A DNA stretch of 32,000 nucleotides from Rhizobium phage RHph_I72. The notes under the pieces are model-generated. The model was not told the origin of the DNA. It worked only from the letters and a program-made list of their open reading frames with translations, and made no database searches. The position numbers were made by a program, and so were the translations under genes. Below are positions 25,590 to 32,000 of the stretch, one piece after another. The first letter of the stretch is position 1, and each line of letters begins with the position of its first letter. Location: sequence record MN988554.1. One strand, 5' to 3'.

Positions 25590-25744
25590 GCTGCGGTGGA
25601 TGTGAAGAACGCAGAAGAGCAATAGTTGGCGCGGTCAAGAACCCATCAACCGCCTTGACGGCGGCTAAGTTTGTCGCTAAAACTTCCGGTCAAGATATTG
25701 CCAAAGCAGCCCAGGTTGTGATCAAAAGGTTCAGACGGCGTTGA
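25586..25744 (+). CDS. small Cys-motif protein (about 52 aa)
   Basis: Probable TTG start overlapping the upstream stop; LSCGGCEERRRAIVGAVKNPSTALTAAKFVAKTSGQDIAKAAQVVIKRFRRR. Confidence 0.4.
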   Translation: MSCGGCEERRRAIVGAVKNPSTALTAAKFVAKTSGQDIAKAAQVVIKRFRRR

Positions 25745-26892
25745 TCGTTCAATTCGCGGACACAGTCACCATTGAAGGCACCCGGGTTCGCCAAGACGGC
25801 TATCTGGTGGCTGATGCGCGGATCGCTCGCACCGGCATTCAACGCTATCTCGGCGTGGAAGTCGGCAAGCCGGATCTTCCATTTGTTGACGTGTACCGGC
25901 CCGAGGCTGAGGTGTTCAGCGCCGACGCCATGGCATCGTTCGCCCATATCCCGGTGACGGACGATCACCCAAAGGAAGCGGTGACCTCGGACACGTGGAA
26001 AAAGCTCGCCGTGGGACAGACTGACGGCGAGATCCGCCGGGACGGTGATTTCTTGCGCGTCCCGCTCATGGTCGCCGATGGAGCCACCATCGGCAAGATC
26101 AATTCCGGCAAGCGTGAGTTGAGCGCAGGTTACACCTGCGATATGGTTTTCCAGGACGGGGTCACCCCCGAGGGCGTCGCATACGGCGCCATTCAAACCA
26201 ATATCCGAGCCAATCACGTCGCGGTCGTGGATCGCGGACGGGCCGGGAAGCAGTGCCGCATCGGTGATTCCGAGGCACCAATCTGGGGCACCACCCCAAT
26301 CATCGACGCGAGAAAGGATCAACCAATGCCGCGTATCATCATGGTGGATGGGCTGTCTGTGGAAACCACGGATGCTGGCGCCCAGGCCATTGAAAAGCTT
26401 ATCGGGGACCGCAAGGGCCTCCAGGACCAGCTCACCGCCGCGACCAGCGCTCATACGCTCGCTGTCGCCGATCTCAACAAGCAGCTCGCTGCCAAGGACG
26501 CAGCCCTGGACGACGCCAAGGCCAAGGTTCTGGATGCTGCCGCGATCTCCAAGCTGGTCGCCGACCGCGTTGCCCTGGAGGCAGTCGCCGTCAAGATCTT
26601 CAAGGACGTCAAGCCGGTCGGCCTCACCGATGCTGAGCTGAAGGTCGCCGTCGTCAAGGGCGTCCTCGGCGACAAGGTGCCGGCTGACAAGCTCACCAAT
26701 CAGTCCTACGTGGACGCTCGTTTCGACATCTTGGCCGAGGACGCCAACAAGGTTGTCGATACGTTCCGTGATGCCCGCCTGGCGGCTCCCGGCACACCCC
26801 AGAACGTGTCGGATGCTGCGGCTGCTCGTCAGCAGGCTTTCGACGCCCTTGTCCACTTTGACCAGACCGGTCAGGAACTGAAGGCAAACTGA
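25741..26892 (+). CDS. DUF2213 family protein (probable prohead protease/scaffold)
   Basis: 'GYLVADARIARTGIQRYLG', 'FAHIPVTDDHP', 'RELSAGYTCDM' and 'IRANHVAVVDRGRAG', followed by a coiled-coil-like C-terminus. Confidence 0.85.
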   Translation: MIVQFADTVTIEGTRVRQDGYLVADARIARTGIQRYLGVEVGKPDLPFVDVYRPEAEVFSADAMASFAHIPVTDDHPKEAVTSDTWKKLAVGQTDGEIRRDGDFLRVPLMVADGATIGKINSGKRELSAGYTCDMVFQDGVTPEGVAYGAIQTNIRANHVAVVDRGRAGKQCRIGDSEAPIWGTTPIIDARKDQPMPRIIMVDGLSVETTDAGAQAIEKLIGDRKGLQDQLTAATSAHTLAVADLNKQLAAKDAALDDAKAKVLDAAAISKLVADRVALEAVAVKIFKDVKPVGLTDAELKVAVVKGVLGDKVPADKLTNQSYVDARFDILAEDANKVVDTFRDARLAAPGTPQNVSDAAAARQQAFDALVHFDQTGQELKAN

Positions 26893-26893
26893 T

Positions 26894-27343
26894 ATGCCGT
26901 ACACGGAAAACTACAACACAGACCTGGCGGTTGCTCTTGAGGGCATGGTCGCCGATACCGGTCCAGCCCTCATCGTCTCCCGGACCGTGGAGACCAATGA
27001 TCTCGCCTTCGGCGAAGCCGTGAAGATGGGCTCCAAGGAGCACTGCGTCAACGGCGATACGACCGGCGCCGCCGAGATCTATGGCATCTCGGTCCGCTCG
27101 CAGGCCACCAAGGCCGAGAAGCCGAACGTTTACCCGGTCGGCGACACGGCAGCGATCCTGCTGCGCGGCGCTATCTGGGTGAAGGTCGCCGAGCCGGTCG
27201 CAGTTGACGGCATTGTCACGGTCACGGTCGCCACCGGCGGCTTTGGTGACCAGGCAGTCGCTGCCGGCATCGTCCAGATCGCCAACGCCAAATGGGAAAC
27301 CGCCGCAACCACGGGTGGTCTGGCCCGTCTGCGCATCAAGTAA
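26894..27343 (+). CDS. structural cement/head decoration protein
   Basis: 149 aa; Gp24-like pattern (MPYTENYNTDLAVALEGMVADTGPALIVSRTVE...). Located between protease and capsid genes. Confidence 0.65.
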   Translation: MPYTENYNTDLAVALEGMVADTGPALIVSRTVETNDLAFGEAVKMGSKEHCVNGDTTGAAEIYGISVRSQATKAEKPNVYPVGDTAAILLRGAIWVKVAEPVAVDGIVTVTVATGGFGDQAVAAGIVQIANAKWETAATTGGLARLRIK

Positions 27344-27355
27344 GGAGCAGACGAA

Positions 27356-28294
27356 ATGAACGGACAGCAGCTTATGGTCGGCGATGCGATGCAGGCAAAC
27401 CTCGGGTTTGTTCTCTCGCAGACCACGTTTATCGAAACAGGCGTTTACCGGGCTCGCTATCCGGCGATCCGTTACCCGGGCCTCATCCCGGTTGACTACT
27501 CGGCGCCCGAGTGGATCAAGACGATCACCTACTACAGCATGGACGTCGCTGGCCGTGCCGAGTGGCTGGCGGATCGCGCATCTGATATCCCGGTCGTCGG
27601 CACCAACATGGAAAGTGCCAACACGGATATCTACATGGCCGGTATCGGCTATGACTACGGCCTGGAAGAAGTCAACCAGGCGATCATGCTTGGCATGAAC
27701 CTTCCCGGCGAGCGCGCCGCGACGGCTCGTCAGGTTTATGAGCGCACTGTCGACAACATCGCCTTCCTCGGCGACGTCGAAAAGGGCTGGAAGGGCCTGT
27801 TCAACAGCACCGCCGTCACCGCAGCCTCGGCGCCGACCGGTAACTGGGCAACCGCCACTGAAGATCAGATCTTGGCCGACATCAACGATATCCTCAGCGA
27901 TGTCTATGTGGCCACGAACGAAATCGCAATGGCCGACACCCTCCTGCTGCCTTCGCTGAAGTTCCAGCAGATCGCTTCCAAGCGTCTGGGTGATGGCAAC
28001 GGTACGCTCACCATCCTGGAGTTCATCCAGCGGGCGAACGTCTACACGGCGGAAACCGGCCAGCAGCTGAAGATCCGGGGTATGCGCGGCCTGAACACCG
28101 CCGGTGCCGGCGGAACGGCTCGCATGGTCGCCTACCGCAATTCCTCGGAAGTGCTGAAAATGCATATCCCGATGCGCCACCGGTTCCTGCCGGTCCAGAT
28201 CCAGGGTCTGACCTTCAAGATCCCTGGTATCTTCCGCCTGGGTGGGCTCGATATCCGCCTGCCCAAGGAAGTGCGCTACAGCGACGGCATCTGA
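27356..28294 (+). CDS. major capsid protein (DUF2184-like)
   Basis: 'YPAIRYPGLIPVDYSAPEWIKTITYYSMDVAGRAEWLADRASDIPVV...', consistent with the DUF2184 family; synteny. Confidence 0.85.
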   Translation: MNGQQLMVGDAMQANLGFVLSQTTFIETGVYRARYPAIRYPGLIPVDYSAPEWIKTITYYSMDVAGRAEWLADRASDIPVVGTNMESANTDIYMAGIGYDYGLEEVNQAIMLGMNLPGERAATARQVYERTVDNIAFLGDVEKGWKGLFNSTAVTAASAPTGNWATATEDQILADINDILSDVYVATNEIAMADTLLLPSLKFQQIASKRLGDGNGTLTILEFIQRANVYTAETGQQLKIRGMRGLNTAGAGGTARMVAYRNSSEVLKMHIPMRHRFLPVQIQGLTFKIPGIFRLGGLDIRLPKEVRYSDGI

Positions 28295-28319
28295 TCCCGC
28301 CGCAATACCGTCGCTCAAG

Positions 28320-28348
28320 GCCCCGCCCTTCACTCTGAGGGGTGGGGC
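28320..28348 (+). promoter_or_regulatory. strong intergenic RNA hairpin downstream of the capsid gene
   Basis: GCCCCGCCCTTCA-CTC-TGAGGGGTGGGGC: 13-bp stem with two G-U wobbles, 3-nt loop, no U-tract. Confidence 0.6.
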
Positions 28349-28379
28349 TGAGCCAACAGTAAGCCAAGGAGAAATCATC

Positions 28380-28784
28380 ATGGTCGCAGTCACGAACAAG
28401 CACGTTGGTCCGCTCGTCATCGCGGGCGTCGAAGTGCGCCCCGGCGCTACAGCCGAAGTCGAAGACAAGAAGTTCGAAGCCTGGAAGGGCGGGAACGCGG
28501 CTCAGATCTGGATGGATAAGGGCCTGGTTGTCGAAGGTAAGGGCGACGGCAAGGTCAAGAAGGTCGCTGAGCCGAACCTTTCGACGGTCACGACCGGCGG
28601 CACCGGCGATCCGTCTCAGTCGGCCACTGGCGTTGCTCAGGGATCCAACGAGGATCTTGCCGGCGCTCAGAAGACCCGAGCAGAAAAGCTGGACCAGGCC
28701 CGCGCGCTCGGCCACAACCCGAACAACAATATCTCCAACGCCAAGCTGGACGAGATGATTGCCCAGGGTAAAGTCGGCGAATAA
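28380..28784 (+). CDS. hypothetical structural-module protein
   Basis: 134 aa starting MVAVTNKHVGPLVIAGVEVRPG; RBS AAGGAG. The track start at 28242 is over-extended into the capsid gene. Confidence 0.7.
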   Translation: MVAVTNKHVGPLVIAGVEVRPGATAEVEDKKFEAWKGGNAAQIWMDKGLVVEGKGDGKVKKVAEPNLSTVTTGGTGDPSQSATGVAQGSNEDLAGAQKTRAEKLDQARALGHNPNNNISNAKLDEMIAQGKVGE

Positions 28785-29185
28785 TGGTCGATACGCCCAC
28801 CCCGGCTGAATTCAAGGCGCGTTACCCGGAGTTTGAACCGGTTGACGACGCCTTGGTGTCTCTGATCATCCCAGAGGCGAGCCGGTACGTGGACGATGGC
28901 TGGGAGCAGACCGACCAGAAGCCTGCGATCATGCTTATGATCGCTCATCTGCTTTCCATGGATGGGTATCCCGCCCGAGTTACGAACCCGGGCGGTTGGA
29001 ATGGGCAGACGGCGGGCCGGGAAATGACGTCTCGGCGTGTCGGAGACGTTCAGACGACCTACGCCCAGCGCAGTACTGCCGGCGGCAATTCCTCGGCATT
29101 CTCGTCAGATCTCCTTTTGACCCTTTATGGGCGACGGTTCCTGAGCCTCATGCGATTGAATGCGCCGACCATCGGAGTTGTCTGA
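28784..29185 (+). CDS. DUF4054 family head-tail connector
   Basis: 'EFKARYPEFEPVDDALVSLIIPEASRYVDDGW' plus 'AIMLMIAHLLSM' match DUF4054. Confidence 0.8.
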   Translation: MVDTPTPAEFKARYPEFEPVDDALVSLIIPEASRYVDDGWEQTDQKPAIMLMIAHLLSMDGYPARVTNPGGWNGQTAGREMTSRRVGDVQTTYAQRSTAGGNSSAFSSDLLLTLYGRRFLSLMRLNAPTIGVV

Positions 29186-29646
29186 TGCCTACGGTCGGGC
29201 TCGTGCGCCGTCACCACATCGACATCAAGGCTCCAACCGGACCCAGCCATGTAAAAGTCGGCTTTCCCGCCGGGAAGTCTGACGGTGCCGTAATCAACCG
29301 CGCAATCTGGAACCACTACGGCACACGCGGCGGGGCTTCGGGAGGGGGTTGGGGCGGACCGATCCCGGCCCGCCCCTTCCTGCTCAACGCGATCCGGGGC
29401 AATCGGCGCAAATATCTGGACGCCTTGAAGACGTCCGCTGCGAAGCTGGTCCGGGGTGAGACGACCCTACATCAGGTGCTGACCAAGCTCGGGATTGTCG
29501 CCCAAGGGGACATTCAGGCCGAGATCGATAGCGGCGATTTTGCGCCAAACTCGCCGACGACCGTTGCCATGAAGGGTTCGTCTCGTCCGCTCATCGATAC
29601 CGGCGAGATGCGCCAGAAGGTTACATGGCAGGTGACGGATGATTGA
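29185..29646 (+). CDS. tail completion/neck protein (HK97 gp10-like)
   Basis: 'VKVGFPAG...NHYGTRGGASGGGWGGPIPARPFLLNAIRGNRRKY...RPLIDTGEMRQKVTWQV'; start corrected to 29185. Confidence 0.7.
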   Translation: MPTVGLVRRHHIDIKAPTGPSHVKVGFPAGKSDGAVINRAIWNHYGTRGGASGGGWGGPIPARPFLLNAIRGNRRKYLDALKTSAAKLVRGETTLHQVLTKLGIVAQGDIQAEIDSGDFAPNSPTTVAMKGSSRPLIDTGEMRQKVTWQVTDD

Positions 29647-29971
29647 TGTCGCAGAAGCTATCGATGAGGAAGCCGTTCAGGTCGCATGGAGGACGTTCGC
29701 CGCCGATACCTACAGCCACGGCAACCTGGTCCCCGGCGCCGCGACCGTTTCTACCCTTTGGGCTATGATCCAGCCAGCCTCGGGCCGAGTTATGAGCGAT
29801 CTCCCCGAGGGTATCCGTGAGGAAGTCGCGCTTGTTGGTTGGTCACGCACGGCGGTTGCCGTTGACAACGAAATCGATTATGGTGGTGAAACATATCGGG
29901 TGGGGTGGGTTAAGCCCTGGCCGATGGGTAATTATACCAAGTTCGCCATGATGAAGAAGGTTCCCGCGTGA
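29639..29971 (+). CDS. head-tail joining/closure-type protein
   Basis: 110 aa; position in the connector cluster and overlapping starts/stops. Confidence 0.5.
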   Translation: MIDVAEAIDEEAVQVAWRTFAADTYSHGNLVPGAATVSTLWAMIQPASGRVMSDLPEGIREEVALVGWSRTAVAVDNEIDYGGETYRVGWVKPWPMGNYTKFAMMKKVPA

Positions 29972-30465
29972 CTGAGGATCAGGTCCATACAGCTCTGATT
30001 GACTGGCTTGAGCCCCTTCTCGGGATCACGGTCATCAAGGCAGACCAGTCCGGCACCCGGCCCGCGCTCCCCTACGGCATGACGAAGCTCGCCAACAGCG
30101 GACCGCTCTACAAGAACGTGGATAATATTCGCTATCGCGACCAGGGTGACGCGCCGCTCCCGATGAAGGTGATGCCCCGAGTTGAATACGAATATGTGTA
30201 CCTGTTCTACATCTACGGCGCCGCCGGGGCGGATCTTATGAAGCGGCTCCAGATGGCCAAGGAGCTTCAGCAGACCCAGGAGCCCATGTACCCGGCGGTC
30301 ACGCTGGTTGAGATGGGTCGGGTCAACGACGTGCCCGAGCTTATCGGGCAGCGGTGGGAGCCCCGAGTTCAAGCCAATCTTGTGGTGCGTACCTTCTCTG
30401 ACGAGGAATTTGACGCCTACGTCATTGAGGAACAAACTGTAGACTACACGCCAGAAAGGGTATGA
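29968..30465 (+). CDS. LIC_12616-like phage neck/terminator protein
   Basis: 'ALIDWLEPLLGITVIKADQSGTRPALPYGMTKLANSGPL...' and its position before DUF3383. Confidence 0.6.
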   Translation: MTEDQVHTALIDWLEPLLGITVIKADQSGTRPALPYGMTKLANSGPLYKNVDNIRYRDQGDAPLPMKVMPRVEYEYVYLFYIYGAAGADLMKRLQMAKELQQTQEPMYPAVTLVEMGRVNDVPELIGQRWEPRVQANLVVRTFSDEEFDAYVIEEQTVDYTPERV

Positions 30466-31622
30466 CCATGGCAAAGCTGCCTTATTCCAGGGTTGTGGAC
30501 GTAAATGTCACACGCACTGATCGCTTCCCGAGCCGCCGTGGTTTCGGCACGATGCTCATTCTCACTCACACTTCGGTCGCCGGTCAGGTGGATGCGACGC
30601 ATCTTACCAAGCTTTATGCGACAATCGAAGAAGTCGCCGCCGACTATCCGGCCAATACGACGGTCTACGCCCAGGCCAATACGTTCTTCGCCCAAAACCC
30701 CCGCCCGACCCGTCTGAAGGTCGGCTATGTCGCCACCCCGGTCGGCGCCGACGACGCGGCAAAGAAGGCCGCGTTCATCACGAGCCTGAACAGCCTGATC
30801 AATTACGACACGGCTTGGTATATGGCGACCGTGGACAAGCCTATGCGGGATCTCGCCTATCTTGACGGGCTGATCGAGTGGGTCGAAAGCAAGAGCAAGA
30901 TGGCTCTCATCGATAGCAACGACGTGCTGATGCAGTCGCTCGCCGATACGACCAACATTGCCGCGCGCCACAAGGGGACTGTGGAGCGCACCGCCGTTTT
31001 CTACCACACCGACGCCAACACCTATCTGGCAGCGGCTGCTGCGGCCTATATGGCCACCCGCGTCTTTGATGACGCCAACAGCGCCTACACGGTCAAGTTC
31101 AAACCGGCCCGGACGATTGCCCCGGTGGATTTGGGCTCGGCGGCGATCACGATCATCACCGGCTTCGTGGAAGGGCTTGGCCAGTCCGAAGCTCAGGGCC
31201 ATCTCGCCAATACCTACATCGATATTGGTGACCAGGACTTCATGGTGGAGGGTTCGACCCTCACGGAAAACGTCTTTATTGACGAGATCCACGCCACTGA
31301 CTGGATCATCGCCCGGACCGAGGAAGAAGTGCTGGGCATGTATCTCAACAACGCCCGCATCCCCTTCACCGATCAGGGCATGCAGCAGCTCGCTTCGGTC
31401 CCGCGCGGGGTGATGACCCAGGGGGTGCGCGCCGGCATCGTTGCTTCGGATCTGAACCCGGCGACCGGCGACTATGAGCCCGCGTTCACAATCACGGTGC
31501 CGTCCATCTTCGACGTCGCCGAGAGCCAGCGCAAGGCTCGTATCGCCCCGGCGATCTCCACAATCTTCCGCTATGCTGGCGCGGTCCACTACTGCACCAT
31601 CAACTACACGATGACCTTCTAA
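30462..31622 (+). CDS. DUF3383 family protein (tail sheath-like)
   Basis: 'YSRVVDVNVTRTDRFPSRRGFGTMLILTH...' and 'NQLxx'-type C-terminal beta domain; alternate ATG at 30468. Confidence 0.8.
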   Translation: MTMAKLPYSRVVDVNVTRTDRFPSRRGFGTMLILTHTSVAGQVDATHLTKLYATIEEVAADYPANTTVYAQANTFFAQNPRPTRLKVGYVATPVGADDAAKKAAFITSLNSLINYDTAWYMATVDKPMRDLAYLDGLIEWVESKSKMALIDSNDVLMQSLADTTNIAARHKGTVERTAVFYHTDANTYLAAAAAAYMATRVFDDANSAYTVKFKPARTIAPVDLGSAAITIITGFVEGLGQSEAQGHLANTYIDIGDQDFMVEGSTLTENVFIDEIHATDWIIARTEEEVLGMYLNNARIPFTDQGMQQLASVPRGVMTQGVRAGIVASDLNPATGDYEPAFTITVPSIFDVAESQRKARIAPAISTIFRYAGAVHYCTINYTMTF

Positions 31623-31635
31623 GGAGCACGCTAGA

Positions 31636-32000
31636 TGGCAAACATTGCTTATTCGATGCTCAATGTCGTGGCCACCCTGGACGGTCGCCGCGTCATTGGC
31701 GTTATGGACGGCGACAACGCTATCCAGATCTCTCCCGGCGCAGACGTCGGTACTATGTTGATCGGTGCGGATGGAACCCCGCTGTTCAGCCAGTCGGCTG
31801 ATAAGTCGGCCACCATCGTCCTGCGTCTGAAGCCCAACAGCCCGACCCATCGTCAGCTCGTTGAGAAGTGGAAGGCGCAGCGCGCTGGTCGTCTCATCGG
31901 CTTCGCATTCGACAAGATCGATATGGGGAGCAACGAAGGCGGCACCGGGACGGACTGCTTCATCTCCAAGGCGCCCGACGACACGGCGGGTGATAAGGCA
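31636..32000 (+). CDS. DUF3277 family protein (tail tube-like), truncated by the window end
   Basis: 'MANIAYSMLNVVATLDGRRVIGVMDGDNAIQI...' continues through position 32000 without a stop. Confidence 0.8.

Noticed and set aside
25690-26904. 404 aa open frame on the minus strand
   Set aside because: Antisense to the DUF2213 gene; no promoter, RBS or protein motif supports it.
26693-28468. 591 aa open frame on the minus strand
   Set aside because: Lies opposite confidently identified DUF2213, decoration and capsid genes. It is an artefact of high-GC third-position bias and its translation shows no family motif.
30444-31850. 468 aa open frame on the minus strand
   Set aside because: Fully antisense to the DUF3383 and DUF3277 genes; same codon-bias artefact.
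1-32000. CRISPR array, tRNA/rRNA genes, transposon ends, integrase or lysogeny repressor
   Set aside because: None seen by eye: no regularly spaced direct repeats, no recognisable tRNA T-arm (GTTCRA) contexts in intergenic gaps, and no integrase- or CI-like ORF. A tRNAscan-SE/Aragorn run would be needed for certainty.

Overview
This window is a densely packed segment of a tailed dsDNA phage genome (or prophage). All confidently called genes lie on the + strand, many with ATGA/TAATG-type start/stop overlaps. It has four parts. (1) 0.4-6.4 kb is a probable thymidine-hypermodification cassette: a radical SAM enzyme, two P-loop kinases, an aGPT-PPlase2-like protein, a 5-hmdU-kinase-helical-domain-like protein and a divergent thymidylate synthase / dUMP hydroxymethylase. 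(2) 6.6-15.2 kb is a replication and nucleotide-pool module: HD hydrolase, DUF3310, DnaA-domain-IV-like protein, family A DNA polymerase, dCMP deaminase, two MazG/PRA-PH-like proteins, VRR-NUC-like nuclease, primase-SF3 helicase and DnaQ-fold exonuclease. (3) 14.3-17.4 kb is a run of very small ORFs, including three consecutive, overlapping 36-40 aa membrane proteins absent from the supplied ORF track. It is followed by a terminator and an AT-rich intergenic region with seven AAGTTAAG/CTTAACTT sites. (4) 17.8-32 kb is the packaging, head and tail module: TerS, TerL, a DUF1073 portal with a C-terminal 2H-phosphoesterase (Acb1-like) domain, an FAD_oxidored-like 861 aa protein, head morphogenesis protein, DUF2213, decoration protein, DUF2184 capsid, DUF4054, neck proteins, DUF3383 and DUF3277. 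The items most worth follow-up are the apparently split hypermodification kinase cassette, the portal-Acb1 fusion, the FAD-oxidoreductase-like protein in the structural operon, and the AAGTTAAG cluster. All family calls come from reading motifs; no database search was run.
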